Below are positions 27,879-38,490 of a DNA stretch of 64,000 nucleotides, piece by piece. The DNA comes from Oscillospiraceae bacterium. GTDB lineage: Bacteria; Bacillota; Clostridia; Oscillospirales; Acutalibacteraceae. The stretch's first letter is position 1. Each line of letters begins with the position of its first letter. Where the stretch lies: positions 17,448-81,447 of the forward strand of contig SVOJ01000007.1 in the NCBI GenBank assembly GCA_015066385.1. The letters run 5' to 3'. Both the position numbers and the translations under genes were made by a program. The notes beneath the pieces were generated by a model that saw nothing but the letters and a program-made list of their open reading frames with translations, had not been told where the DNA came from and did no database searches.

Positions 27879-29336
27879 ATGAATTACCGTATGCTTGCCT
27901 ATTTCTTCGGGCAGATTTTACGCATTGGCGGGCTGTTGATGTGCATTCCGCTGATTGTTGCACTCATTTACGGCGAAAGCCAAACCTATCTTTCATTCAT
28001 CATCCCCATTGCCGTGCAGTTGCTCGGCGGGTGTCTGCTTGTGCGGCTGTTGCCGAAAAACAGCAACATTTATGCACAGGAAGGGTTTGTATGTGTGGCA
28101 CTGACATGGATTCTTCTGTCTGCTGTCGGTGCATTGCCGTTTTTTATCAGCGGCTGCATGCCCAATTACATGGATGCATTTTTTGAAACCGTTTCGGGCT
28201 TTACCACGACAGGGGCTACGGTGCTTGCTGACATTGAAGCCATGCCGAAGGGGATATTGTTCTGGCGAAGCCTGACGCATTGGATCGGCGGTATGGGCAT
28301 TCTTGTGTTCGCCATGATGTTTTTGCCGAAAACGCAGACCAAAAAAACAAGCATGATGCATGTTATGCGTGCAGAAGTGCCGGGGCCGTCCGTCGGTAAG
28401 ATCGTGCCAAAGGTCGGTGATACGGCTCGTATTCTGTATGCAATGTATATCGTGTTGACCGTAGCGGAAGTGTTGTTATTGCTTCTGGGCGGTATGAATT
28501 TGTACGAAGCACTTATACATGCGTTCGGAACGGCAGGTACCGGCGGTTTCAGCTGCTTCAATTCCAGCATTGCAGAGCAATCACCATATCTGCAATATGT
28601 GATTATTCTGTTTATGTTGTTGTTCAGCGTCAACTTCAATCTGTATTATTTTGTTATTCTCAAAAAATGGAAAGAAGCACTCAAAAGTGAAGAGCTAAAA
28701 GTCTTTTTAATTATTGTTGCAGTCGTGATTGCCGTCATAACGCTGAACATCCGTTCGCAGTACGACACCATCGAACATGCATTCCGTGCTGCATCATTCC
28801 AGACAGCCTCCATCATTTCGACAACGGGCTTTGTTTCGGAAAACTTTGATTTGTGGCCTGTTTTGTCCCGCATACTGATGGTGGTTCTGATGTTTGTCGG
28901 TGCGTGTGCCGGTTCAACGGGGGGCGGCATGAAAATCAGCCGCATTATGATCCTTATCAAAGATGCAGTGCGTGACCTTGGTCAATTGGCCCACCCCAGA
29001 CGAGTCAAATCCATCCGGCTGGAAGGAAAACCCGTGGACGAACAGACAGTCAACAATGCTTCAACGTACCTGCAGTTTTATGTTATTTTGTTGGTGCTGT
29101 CCGTCATTCTCGTTGCGGCATTTGACGAAATGGACATGGTATCAACATTCACTTCGGTTGTGACGTGTCTGAATAATGTCGGACCGGGTATGGGTGAAAT
29201 TGTCGGTGCTGTCGGCAATTATGCAAGTCTTTCCATGGCAAGCAAAGCGGTGCTTTCATTCTGTATGATTGCAGGCAGACTTGAAATCTTCCCGATTCTG
29301 ATCATCTTTTTCCCGTCCACATGGAAAAGAGCATAA
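27879..29336 (+). CDS. trkH: Trk potassium uptake membrane subunit TrkH
   Basis: 485 aa, polytopic, with selectivity-filter-like GFTTTGA and TAGTGGF segments. Confidence 0.9.
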   Translation: MNYRMLAYFFGQILRIGGLLMCIPLIVALIYGESQTYLSFIIPIAVQLLGGCLLVRLLPKNSNIYAQEGFVCVALTWILLSAVGALPFFISGCMPNYMDAFFETVSGFTTTGATVLADIEAMPKGILFWRSLTHWIGGMGILVFAMMFLPKTQTKKTSMMHVMRAEVPGPSVGKIVPKVGDTARILYAMYIVLTVAEVLLLLLGGMNLYEALIHAFGTAGTGGFSCFNSSIAEQSPYLQYVIILFMLLFSVNFNLYYFVILKKWKEALKSEELKVFLIIVAVVIAVITLNIRSQYDTIEHAFRAASFQTASIISTTGFVSENFDLWPVLSRILMVVLMFVGACAGSTGGGMKISRIMILIKDAVRDLGQLAHPRRVKSIRLEGKPVDEQTVNNASTYLQFYVILLVLSVILVAAFDEMDMVSTFTSVVTCLNNVGPGMGEIVGAVGNYASLSMASKAVLSFCMIAGRLEIFPILIIFFPSTWKRA

Positions 29337-29348
29337 TAAAACGAATAA

Positions 29349-29385
29349 GGCGCTGTAAAACTTTGGTTTTACAGCGTCTTTTCTC
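29349..29385. terminator. Bidirectional terminator
   Basis: GCGCTGTAAAAC ... GTTTTACAGCG stem followed by a T run. It lies between convergent genes. Confidence 0.7.
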
Positions 29386-29391
29386 TTATAT

Positions 29392-31281
29392 TCATTTTTC
29401 CGCATGTTTCCACAATTGCAGATAGCCTTGTTCGAGAATCATTTCGTAAGGATGCTTTTCGATGAATTCGTACATCAGAGTGTTATACATATTGCCGTCC
29501 TGCCGTTTGTCGATTACATAGTAATCCGTAACTTGCAGTTGGTTGTAATGGTTCGGAACAGTGTACAGCACTTTCCGGTCATACAGATGCGGCACAACAT
29601 AGTCGCGAGCCGTAACGGTTGCATCATCGGGAATTGTGTCGAGCAGATCTTCCGAGAGTTCAATTTCTTGCGTATGTGATGCGGCAGATGAGAAGTAATA
29701 AGAGAATTTCGGAATCGCTGTGCTTGTGCCGAAAACCAGACACAAGAGCACGGATGCCGTTATGCAGAAGCGTCGTGTTTCTTCTTTCATCTGCGAGAAA
29801 ACAAGAATGCAGGAAAAAATGATGAGGCTTGCCGGCCCATAGGTATACTGATAAAAAATATCGTACTGTGAAGCGAGTGACGGCATAAGATTGATGACCA
29901 ACATGGGTATCAATAAGAGCAGTGACCACACGTTTCGGGTCAGGAACGGGCCGAACACCACGGGAAGCAGCATCCACAAAAGGAATTCAAGCCGTTCTTT
30001 TGTTACGATTATTTGCAGAAGATAGCCGATATTCACAACAACGGTTTTGATAATGCCTGCCCATGAACCTTCCGCATCGGAATAATAGGCACTGAAGCGT
30101 GTGACCATAGGCTCACCGCCGAAATATTCAATCATGCCCGTTGCAAAAACAAACCACACAAGTGCCGATGCAATAAGGGCGAATCCCGTTGTTTTTTTCT
30201 TTTTTGCAAACAGACAGTAAAGACCGATGCAAACAATATAGATCGCCGCATCTTCCTTGACCGACAACGATAAAAGCGTACAAACCGCGATACCGATGCG
30301 TTTGTTTTCAATAATCTGCGACAACAACCAGAACAGCATCAACGGCAGAAATTTGTTTTCATGGAAGTCATTGCAACAGCCCAGAGCCACGGACGGATAA
30401 AACAGCCATATAAAGCCCATTGCCGTGCTTGCAAGCGGATTCAATCCCATTGATCTGCAGATTCTGCGGATGGGAAACACGCAAAGACCCAATGCAAGAG
30501 CCTGTATCATCAGCAGATAGGACGGATGGCTCCAAACCATGTATCCCGGCAGAAGCAGGTAGTAAACGGGCGAAAAATGCACCGCAAAATGGCTGACAAG
30601 GCCGGCGCGCTCCACTGTGGTATACGGAACACCCGTGGTTCGCATATACTCAAACATCTGCGTGAAAATACCTAAATCAAAGGTAGCCCCGCCGAAATTG
30701 GTGTAGCGCACAACCGTGGATATGCCGACAATGAGCGTAAACAGAATACAGCCTGCTGTCAGGCAGATGGTGCTGCTTTTCCGCGAAAAACGGCTTTTTG
30801 AAAGTGACAGTTTGTCCGCTTGTGTCAGATAACGCACCGCAATGAAGACCACAATGCCGATTGCAATGCACAGATACAGATCTCTGTGTTTTTTCGAAGC
30901 GAGCAGACAGGCATACAGAGCGGTCAGCACAAACATTGTCCAATGGCCGATTTTTTGTGACTTAATGAAGATGGACATGCCTGCCGTTATCGCGCTGACA
31001 CAGACGAAAACCATGCAGTACAGCGGCAGACTGACACTCTGCGTGAATTCTTTTGTTCCGAAATTGTGCCCCATAAAATGAGCCGTAATTGATGCCGCAA
31101 GAAAACCGCAAAAGGCAATTACGATCAGATAGCCGGGTGTGACGGCATATTTTTCAAAAATTGTCGTTAATTTCCCCCAAAAAGAAATCAAACGGTCGAG
31201 CCGCCGTTTTTGCGGCAGCCCGACCTCATTTGCGGATGTTTTGTTTTTTTGTTTTCCAAAAAGAGATTTGAAATTTTTCAT
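29392..31281 (-). CDS. DUF2079 family polytopic membrane protein
   Basis: 629 aa. FDLGIFTQMFEYMRTTG ... HFAVHFSPVYYLLLPGY matches the DUF2079 signature region. Confidence 0.7.
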   Translation of the reverse strand: MKNFKSLFGKQKNKTSANEVGLPQKRRLDRLISFWGKLTTIFEKYAVTPGYLIVIAFCGFLAASITAHFMGHNFGTKEFTQSVSLPLYCMVFVCVSAITAGMSIFIKSQKIGHWTMFVLTALYACLLASKKHRDLYLCIAIGIVVFIAVRYLTQADKLSLSKSRFSRKSSTICLTAGCILFTLIVGISTVVRYTNFGGATFDLGIFTQMFEYMRTTGVPYTTVERAGLVSHFAVHFSPVYYLLLPGYMVWSHPSYLLMIQALALGLCVFPIRRICRSMGLNPLASTAMGFIWLFYPSVALGCCNDFHENKFLPLMLFWLLSQIIENKRIGIAVCTLLSLSVKEDAAIYIVCIGLYCLFAKKKKTTGFALIASALVWFVFATGMIEYFGGEPMVTRFSAYYSDAEGSWAGIIKTVVVNIGYLLQIIVTKERLEFLLWMLLPVVFGPFLTRNVWSLLLLIPMLVINLMPSLASQYDIFYQYTYGPASLIIFSCILVFSQMKEETRRFCITASVLLCLVFGTSTAIPKFSYYFSSAASHTQEIELSEDLLDTIPDDATVTARDYVVPHLYDRKVLYTVPNHYNQLQVTDYYVIDKRQDGNMYNTLMYEFIEKHPYEMILEQGYLQLWKHAEK

Positions 31282-31296
31282 AACAACCGATCTGTG

Positions 31297-31725
31297 TTAT
31301 TTTCCTTCCGTCGGAAGGTTTGTTTTGATGGTGGCAAGATGGCGGATGATGGTACTGCGCTTGATAATGCCGATAAACATTCCTCTGTCGTCAACCACGG
31401 GAACAAAATTCTGCGTGATGGCTTTGTTGAAAACGGCATCAATGGTAACATTTGCCGTTACACAAGGGTTGAAATCGGGACGGATAATATTCTTCAAGGG
31501 TAGTTTTTCAAGTTCCGATCGCTTGGGGTTGTCATCATCATAAAGTGCCCACAGAAAATCGCCCAGTGTGACAGAACCGAAATAATGTCCTTTTTCGTCG
31601 ATCACGGGAATTTCCGCATAACCGTGGTACTTCATTTTTTCAAGCCCCTGGCGAAGTGTGAAGTCAGATTCAAGATATTCCACTTCCGCTTTCGGGGTCA
31701 AAAATCGCATAATATTCAAAATCAA
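31297..31725 (-). CDS. CBS domain pair protein
   Basis: 142 aa with two CBS-like halves (HGYAEIPVIDEKGHYFGSVT, NFVPVVDDRGMFIGIIKRS). Confidence 0.75.
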   Translation of the reverse strand: MILNIMRFLTPKAEVEYLESDFTLRQGLEKMKYHGYAEIPVIDEKGHYFGSVTLGDFLWALYDDDNPKRSELEKLPLKNIIRPDFNPCVTANVTIDAVFNKAITQNFVPVVDDRGMFIGIIKRSTIIRHLATIKTNLPTEGK

Positions 31726-31758
31726 TCACCTGTTAAAATATACCGTTCATTTCTGCAA

Positions 31759-33162
31759 TTATACTGAAATGCCGAAATAAGCGGCGGCATTGCCGAACGA
31801 AATGGCTTTCACCATGGCTTCAAGGGTTTCCATGTCGGCGGGATACTGTCCGCTTTCCACAAGATTGCCTAAGAATTCGCAGACAATGCGCCTGAAATAT
31901 TCGTGACGGGGGTAGGACAGGAACGAACGCGAATCCGTGACCATGCCGATGAATTTGCCGATGACACCGAGATTGCCGAGTGCTTTGATCTGTTCACGCA
32001 TGCCGTCAATGTTGTCATTGAACCACCATGCCGTACCGAACTGCACTTTCGAGCCGATCTCATCCGACTGGAAGTTGCCGAGCATCGAACCGAGCACATA
32101 GTTGTCCTTCGGATTGAGTGTAAACAGCACCGTCTTCGGCAAACAACCTTCCGTTTCAAGGGAGTCGAGAAGCCGCGACAGATTTTCGGCAATGTTGTAA
32201 TTGTCAATCGAATCGTAACCCGTGTCGGGGCCCAGTGTCTTGAATTTCGGGGTGTTGTTGTTGCGCATGGCACCGATGTGGATTTCGCAGCCCCAGCCGC
32301 GGGAGTGGTATTCCTTTGCAAGGAAGCGGAACAGTTCGGTGCGGTAAGCATCGGCTTGTTGTCTTGTAAGAGGCTCGCTGTTCAGGGCGGCGGCAAAAAT
32401 GGTTTCAAGTGTGTCTTCGTCGGCGCGTTCAAAGGGAACCCATGTGAACGCATGGTCAGTCGCACGGCAACCGCACTCAGCAAACACTTCAATACGAGAA
32501 AGCAGTACTTCCTTGAGTTTCGCATAAGTTTTGATTTCGGTTCCTGCGGTCTTTTCAAGGGAAGAAAGCCACGGCAGGAATGCGGGAAGGTCAATACCCA
32601 GTGCCTTGTCGGGACGGAATGCGGGAAGAACCTTGCAGTTGAACGTTTCGTCAGCCGCAATCAGACGGTGATATTCGAGTGTGTCGGCGGGGTCATCCGT
32701 TGTGCAAACACAGGCAACATTGCTCTTTTCAATCAGTTGGCGGGGGGTGAATCCGCCGGAAGCAATCTGTGCATTGCAGTTTTCCCAGATCGCATCGGCA
32801 GTTTTTGCACTCAGAGTTTCGAAAATGCCGAAATAACGTTGCAGTTCAAGGTGTGTCCAGTGGTAAAGGGGGTTGCCGGGCATCTGCGGCAAAGCGGATG
32901 CATAGGCTTTGAACTTTTCATAAGCCGAGGCATCGCCCGTAATGTATTTTTCATTGATGCCGCAACCGCGCATGCCGCGCCATTTGTAATGGTCACCGCC
33001 GAGCCACAGCTCGGTGATATGGGCAGGGGTCTTGTTTTCATAAATTTCCTTGGGTTGCAGATGGCAGTGCCAGTCAAAGATGGGTTCATCCTTGCAAGCG
33101 GCAAACAGTGCCTTTGCAGTGGGGGTAGAAAGCAAAAAGTCAGCATCCATAAAAGGTTTCAT
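31759..33162 (-). CDS. uxaC: Glucuronate isomerase
   Basis: 467 aa. The N-terminus MKPFMDADFLLSTPTAKALF...PIFDWHCHL is typical of UxaC. The start overlaps the rnfB stop (ATGA). Confidence 0.9.
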   Translation of the reverse strand: MKPFMDADFLLSTPTAKALFAACKDEPIFDWHCHLQPKEIYENKTPAHITELWLGGDHYKWRGMRGCGINEKYITGDASAYEKFKAYASALPQMPGNPLYHWTHLELQRYFGIFETLSAKTADAIWENCNAQIASGGFTPRQLIEKSNVACVCTTDDPADTLEYHRLIAADETFNCKVLPAFRPDKALGIDLPAFLPWLSSLEKTAGTEIKTYAKLKEVLLSRIEVFAECGCRATDHAFTWVPFERADEDTLETIFAAALNSEPLTRQQADAYRTELFRFLAKEYHSRGWGCEIHIGAMRNNNTPKFKTLGPDTGYDSIDNYNIAENLSRLLDSLETEGCLPKTVLFTLNPKDNYVLGSMLGNFQSDEIGSKVQFGTAWWFNDNIDGMREQIKALGNLGVIGKFIGMVTDSRSFLSYPRHEYFRRIVCEFLGNLVESGQYPADMETLEAMVKAISFGNAAAYFGISV

Positions 33163-34016
33163 CGGTTTGCGCCCTCTTTCTCTGTATTTTTCGGTTCCAG
33201 TTTAATGATACCTGCCTGCACGGTAATGATTTCGATGGCACCCGTCGGGCAAGCCGTTTCGCATTCACCGCAGGCAACGCACTTGTCATAGTCAACATGA
33301 GCGAGGTTGTTTTCGACTGTAATGGCTTCGTTCGGGCATACTTTTTTGCACTTCTGGCAGCCGATACAGCCTGCCGAACAGGCTTTTTTGGTCACAACAC
33401 CCTTTGCGGTGCTCTTGCAAAGCACGGCGGCGGTGACTTTTTCAAGCGGAACCATTTCGATAATATGCTTCGGGCAAGCCGCCACGCAGACCTTACAGCC
33501 TCTGCACACGGCGGGATTGATTCTTGCCACACCGTCACAGATGTGAATGGCACCGTAGGGGCAGGCGCGTTCGCAGTCACCCAAACCTAAACAGCCGTAC
33601 ACACACTCCTTTGCGCCGCCGAACAACTGGGTTGCCATGCGGCAGCTGTCAACACCGTCGTAGTTCATTTTCTGTTTTGCATTTGCGCAATTGCCCTGAC
33701 ACATCACAACAGCCGCCATGGGGATGACACTGCCGGCTTCCAGTCCGAGCAATTCTGCAATTTGTTGGCTCACTTCATTACCGCCGGGATTGCAAAGGGC
33801 GGTGTCGGTTGTTTTGCCTTCGCTCAGGGCCGCGGCATAGCCCGCACAGCCCGAAAAACCGCAACTGCCGCAGTTTGCACCGGGAAGAATTTCATTGATG
33901 GCCTCTGCTTTTTCATCGGTTTCCACTGCCATAATCTTGGAAGCAACGGCAAGCGCAATACCGCCTACAAGTCCGATCACGCTGACAATGGCAACCGCCA
34001 TAAGAATTTCAGTCAT
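33159..34016 (-). CDS. rnfB: Rnf complex subunit B (polyferredoxin)
   Basis: N-terminal TM helix, a CGSCGFSGC motif and several CxxCxxCxxxCP clusters. Confidence 0.9.
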   Translation of the reverse strand: MTEILMAVAIVSVIGLVGGIALAVASKIMAVETDEKAEAINEILPGANCGSCGFSGCAGYAAALSEGKTTDTALCNPGGNEVSQQIAELLGLEAGSVIPMAAVVMCQGNCANAKQKMNYDGVDSCRMATQLFGGAKECVYGCLGLGDCERACPYGAIHICDGVARINPAVCRGCKVCVAACPKHIIEMVPLEKVTAAVLCKSTAKGVVTKKACSAGCIGCQKCKKVCPNEAITVENNLAHVDYDKCVACGECETACPTGAIEIITVQAGIIKLEPKNTEKEGANR

Positions 34017-34034
34017 ATTGTTCTCCTTTCCGGC

Positions 34035-34664
34035 TTAAATAGCAGTCAGCAGACCGAAGCCTTCCACAAGACCGCCGAATCCGAGGAAACTGACGGAAAC
34101 AATGGAAGCCGCAATCAGCGTAATGGGAAGTCCCTGCAGGGATTTCGGAATGTCTGCCGCTTCAAGGCGGGACCGCACACCTGCGAACAGTACCATGGCA
34201 AGCAGGAAGCCGAGACCTGCGGCAAGCGAGTTGACCATGGCATGTGCAAAGCCGTAGTTGACGGCATAGCTTTCCGCAAAAGTGGCAACATTGTCCACGT
34301 TGAGCACCACAACACCGAGCACGGCACAGTTGGTGGTAATCAGCGGCAGATAAATACCGAGTGCCTTGTAAAGCGAGGGAATGTATTTGCGAAGTACGAT
34401 CTCAACGAGCTGCACCAGTGCCGCAATAACGAGAATGAAGACAATGGTTTGCAGATAAGAGAGATCATTTTTTTCGAGCAAGGTGTTAATGGGATAGCAG
34501 ACCGCGGTTGCAAGGCACATAACGAAAATAACCGCCACGCTCATGCCGACCGCGGTGTTGAGTTTTTTGGAAACACCTAAAAACGGACAGATGCCGAGGA
34601 ATTTTGCAAGAACAAAGTTCTGTGTCAGAATGCCCATGATGAGCAAAGCAATAAATACTTTCAT
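34035..34664 (-). CDS. rnfA: Rnf complex subunit A
   Basis: I chose the start at MKVFIALLIMGILTQNFVLAKFLGICPFLGVS. This ATG overlaps the rnfE stop (ATGA). Confidence 0.9.
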   Translation of the reverse strand: MKVFIALLIMGILTQNFVLAKFLGICPFLGVSKKLNTAVGMSVAVIFVMCLATAVCYPINTLLEKNDLSYLQTIVFILVIAALVQLVEIVLRKYIPSLYKALGIYLPLITTNCAVLGVVVLNVDNVATFAESYAVNYGFAHAMVNSLAAGLGFLLAMVLFAGVRSRLEAADIPKSLQGLPITLIAASIVSVSFLGFGGLVEGFGLLTAI

Positions 34665-35401
34665 TGTGCATCCTCCTTGAGTGTGCTTCTTGAGCAGCTT
34701 GCCGCCATCGGGCAGTGTTCGCAACCGTGCAATTCTGCTTTCGGTAAGCCCTTGCCCTGTGCGATTTTGTTGGTAAAGGCCATCAGAATGCCGAACACAA
34801 AGAAACCGCCTGCGGGAAGAATGAAGATGGTAACGGGTGCAAGCCCGATGTTTGCAAGGCCCTCGCTGAAATCAAAGCCGTTGAAGCCGCCGATGTTCAC
34901 AAGATCCTGAATGCCTGCAAGGAAGGTCCCTGCACCGAGAATTTCACGCACCGTACCCATGCAGAACAGTGCGGCGGTGAAGCCCAGTCCCATGCCAAGG
35001 CCGTCGGCCGCACTCAGCAGAACGGGATTTTTGCTTGCAAATGCTTCGGCTCTGCCGAGAATGATGCAGTTTACAACGATCAGCGGCAGGAAAATACCGA
35101 GGGATTCGTCCAGAACGGGTAAAAATGCTTTTACCACCATCTGCACGATCGTTACGAACGAAGCGATGATAACAATATAAGCCGGAATACGCACTTTGGA
35201 CGGGATGACCTTACGCAGTGCGGAAATAACAACATTGGAGCAAATCAGGACGACCGTGGCGGCAAGTCCCATGCCGATTGCATTGACTACGCTTGTGGTA
35301 ACGGCGAGGGTCGGACAAGTGCCGAGCACAAGGCGCATGGTCGGGTTTTCACGAAGAAGACCTTTGGTAAACTCCTTCATGCAGGATTTTTTCTCAGCCA
35401 T
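34661..35401 (-). CDS. rnfE: Rnf complex subunit E
   Basis: ENPTMRLVLGTCPTLAVTTS motif. It also has an unusual Cys-containing C-terminal extension (HGCEHCPMAASC). Confidence 0.9.
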   Translation of the reverse strand: MAEKKSCMKEFTKGLLRENPTMRLVLGTCPTLAVTTSVVNAIGMGLAATVVLICSNVVISALRKVIPSKVRIPAYIVIIASFVTIVQMVVKAFLPVLDESLGIFLPLIVVNCIILGRAEAFASKNPVLLSAADGLGMGLGFTAALFCMGTVREILGAGTFLAGIQDLVNIGGFNGFDFSEGLANIGLAPVTIFILPAGGFFVFGILMAFTNKIAQGKGLPKAELHGCEHCPMAASCSRSTLKEDAQ

Positions 35402-35948
35402 TCAATTCCGCCTCCTTTATACTTTCATATATCCCCAGAGCCTTGTTCACAGCCGAGGTGACAGCTTTGGTGGTGATGGTCGCGCTTGTGATTGCCTGTA
35501 CGGTGCCGGGGGCAGACGAACCGTCCTTGACAACGGTCAGAATTCCCGATGCATCGACAAACTGTTGCAGAAAACTTTCATTTTTGGCTTTCATGCCAAG
35601 CCCCGGCGTTTCATTGATTTCGAGCAGGGAAACGCCTGTGACTTTACCGTGCAGGTCAATACCCGTCATCAGTTTGACAGCACCGCCGTAACCGTTGGCG
35701 GATGTGGTGAAGATGTAGCCGAGCACCTTTCCGTTTTCATCGAGTGCAACGGAATAAGCAGTGCCGTCGAGGTCTTTGTCTTCATAACTTGCGGCGGGAA
35801 TCAATTCGCTTTTTGCCTCCACAACCGTCTGTGCGGCAAGGTCGGCAATGCGGTCTTTGGTGATCATATTGACACCGCCCAGCAGGGCGGAAGACACAAG
35901 ACAGATCAGAAGAAGGGAGATTACGGGAATAATAATATCTTTTTTCAT
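35394..35948 (-). CDS. rnfG: Rnf complex subunit G (FMN-binding)
   Basis: N-terminal TM helix and an FMN-binding domain with the flavinylation-type AITSATITTKAV. Confidence 0.9.
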   Translation of the reverse strand: MKKDIIIPVISLLLICLVSSALLGGVNMITKDRIADLAAQTVVEAKSELIPAASYEDKDLDGTAYSVALDENGKVLGYIFTTSANGYGGAVKLMTGIDLHGKVTGVSLLEINETPGLGMKAKNESFLQQFVDASGILTVVKDGSSAPGTVQAITSATITTKAVTSAVNKALGIYESIKEAELNG

Positions 35949-37018
35949 GCCGCCGATTCCTCCTTCTTTTTCTTTGCCTTTTCAACACCGAAGGGACGGG
36001 GCTTTGTTGCCGCTTCAATCAGCGGGCAGGCAATGTTCATCACAAGAATGGCATACGAAACGCCTTCTGCCATGCTTGCATACAGACGAATGACCGAGCA
36101 GAGTACGCCGCAACCGATGCCGAAAATAATTTTGCCTTTGGTTGTGATGGGGCTGGTGGTGTAGTCGGTTGCCATGAAAATTGCACCGAGCAGAAGACCG
36201 CCGCCGAGAAGTTCATAAGCGGTGAAGGTGAGGTTGCCGCCGCTGACAGCGAACATGAAAACAGCAACCGTGCCGACAAAGGATACGGGGATGGCGGGGG
36301 AGATGACGCCGCGCATGAGAAGATATACACAGCCGAGAATCAGCAACAGACCGCTGACTTCGCCGATGCAGCCGCCCTTGATGCCGATGAGCATATAGAA
36401 CAGGTCGGGTAAGTATCCTTCCGCCGAAAGTTCAGTCAGCTGTGCGGAAATATTACCCGCACGGTCAAAAAGGGTCGCATCCGAAAGCACACCGAGGGGC
36501 GTGGCGGATGTTACGGCATCCACGGCAAGGCGTGGTGTGGTGAAGGCGGTCATGGCAGAGGGAAAGGACACAAGCAACACGATTCTGCCCACAATGGCGG
36601 GGTTTGCAAAATTCTGTCCCAGACCACCGAAGAATTGCTTTGTCACAACAATGGCGAAGAATGAGCCGACCGCACACAGAAGCACGGTCATGACCGTGGC
36701 TTTCCACATTTTGCCGTCGAATTTTGCCACATCGAGGACAGGTATGTTGTAAGCGAGCAGAAGTCCCGTAACAACGGCACTCAGGTCACTTAAAGTATTG
36801 GATCGTTTCATGATTTTCCGGCTTGCATATTCAAAAAGAACACTGAAAAATACGCAAAGACCGATGACAAGCAGTGCTCTGCCGCCGAAAATGACCGTTC
36901 CTGCAATGCCTGCCGGAATCAGCGCAATGATTACATCCAGCATAATGCGCTGTGTGGTATCATTTGATTTTACATGGGGGGATGCACTGACGGTTAAAAT
37001 TTTGTTTTCATCAGGCAT
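35945..37018 (-). CDS. rnfD: Rnf complex subunit D
   Basis: I chose the ATG at 37018, preceded by AAGGAG. Polytopic, with a VDAVTSATPLG flavinylation-type motif. Confidence 0.9.
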   Translation of the reverse strand: MPDENKILTVSASPHVKSNDTTQRIMLDVIIALIPAGIAGTVIFGGRALLVIGLCVFFSVLFEYASRKIMKRSNTLSDLSAVVTGLLLAYNIPVLDVAKFDGKMWKATVMTVLLCAVGSFFAIVVTKQFFGGLGQNFANPAIVGRIVLLVSFPSAMTAFTTPRLAVDAVTSATPLGVLSDATLFDRAGNISAQLTELSAEGYLPDLFYMLIGIKGGCIGEVSGLLLILGCVYLLMRGVISPAIPVSFVGTVAVFMFAVSGGNLTFTAYELLGGGLLLGAIFMATDYTTSPITTKGKIIFGIGCGVLCSVIRLYASMAEGVSYAILVMNIACPLIEAATKPRPFGVEKAKKKKEESAA

Positions 37019-37051
37019 GTTCCGACACTCCTTTCTCAATTACACCGGTTT

Positions 37052-38404
37052 TCATTTCTTTGTTCCTGCCTCTCTCACAATTTCTTTGGCAAGGCGCATG
37101 TGCTGTACAAGCGGTTTGCCGGACGGACAGGAGAATGCACAACTGCCGCATTCCATGCATACCCCGATGCCGCACTTTTCGAGCATTTCGGCATCTTTGA
37201 GTTTGACAAATTTTTCAATCTGTGTCGGGATCAGCCCCATCGGACATGCCGCATGGCATCTGCCGCAACGGATGCAATCGCGTTCGGGCTTACAGACTGC
37301 GGAAGATGCCGAGAATGCAAGCACGGCATTGTTGCTCTTGAGAAGCGGGACCTGTGTATCAATCAGGGCCGTGCCCATCATCGGGCCGCCTGCAATGATC
37401 TTGACGGGATCTTTTGTGAAACCGCCGCACGCATCAATGATCTGCTGAACGGATGTACCGACGGGTACGCGGATGTTCTGCGGATTTGCAATGCAGTCCC
37501 CACTGACGGTCACGGTGCGGCTTGTCAGCGGTTTGCCTGTTTTTAAGTAACGGTTAACGAATGCCACACTGCCGACATTCATAACAATACAACCTGCATC
37601 GGCGGGCAGTTTACCTGCGGGAACCACTCTGCCCGTGGCAGACAGCACCATCATTTTTTCCGCACCCTGCGGATATTTCGATTTTAAAGTCATCAAGCGG
37701 ACTTTATTGCCTGCATCAATGTCATGGTCGGCAATTTCCTTGAGCACCTGAATGGCTTTGGGTTTGTTGTCTTCCACACAGATGACAACCTGTTTGAGGT
37801 TGAGCATATCCGCAAGCAGATACACACCGCCGAAAATGTTTTCGGCATTTTCCATGCATTCGCGGTAGTCAACGGTTATGTAGGGTTCACACTCTGCGGC
37901 ATTGACAACAAGGGTATCCACATTTTTGTCGGCGGGAATATTGAGCTTGACGTGGGTGGGGAAGCCTGCACCGCCAAGACCGACAAGACCCGAAGCGCGC
38001 ACAGCCTGCAACAATTCTTCGCGGTTGGTGACTTTCGGCGGGGCGATCCCCTCAAACAAACGGTCCTCACCGTCGTTTTCAATGGTCACTGCGGGAGCCA
38101 TTCTGCCGTTGGCAAGACGGACTTCCGCAAGGGATGTCACTTTGCCCGAAACCGAAGCATGGATGGGTGCGCTGACATATTTGTCGCTGTCACCCACCAC
38201 CTGACCGATACTGACAATGTCGCCGACCTTGACCGTGGGGGTGCAAGGTGCGCCGATGTGCTGTTGCATGGGGAGCACCACTTTTTCGGGCGGTGCAATA
38301 CGCACGGATTCCATTTCAGCCGTCAGCTTGTTATGCGTCGGCATAACGCCGCCGCGCACGCGGCCGACAGCCTTTAAAATGGCATCACCGGGTAGGTTTT
38401 TCAT
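37052..38404 (-). CDS. rnfC: Rnf complex subunit C
   Basis: 450 aa with GLVGLGGAGFPTHVKL and two 4Fe-4S motifs (CIRCGRCHAACP, CMECGSCAFSCP). Confidence 0.95.
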   Translation of the reverse strand: MKNLPGDAILKAVGRVRGGVMPTHNKLTAEMESVRIAPPEKVVLPMQQHIGAPCTPTVKVGDIVSIGQVVGDSDKYVSAPIHASVSGKVTSLAEVRLANGRMAPAVTIENDGEDRLFEGIAPPKVTNREELLQAVRASGLVGLGGAGFPTHVKLNIPADKNVDTLVVNAAECEPYITVDYRECMENAENIFGGVYLLADMLNLKQVVICVEDNKPKAIQVLKEIADHDIDAGNKVRLMTLKSKYPQGAEKMMVLSATGRVVPAGKLPADAGCIVMNVGSVAFVNRYLKTGKPLTSRTVTVSGDCIANPQNIRVPVGTSVQQIIDACGGFTKDPVKIIAGGPMMGTALIDTQVPLLKSNNAVLAFSASSAVCKPERDCIRCGRCHAACPMGLIPTQIEKFVKLKDAEMLEKCGIGVCMECGSCAFSCPSGKPLVQHMRLAKEIVREAGTKK

Positions 38405-38490
38405 AGAATCATCAACCTCTTTCTCTTTCTGAAAATGTATGAGTTTTGATTTTTAATAAAAGCAATGCGGGAATTATTTGCAAGCAAAAA

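Noticed and set aside
31903-33291. 462-aa ORF on the plus strand
   Set aside because: It is antisense to uxaC and the 3' end of rnfB, both confidently identified on the minus strand.
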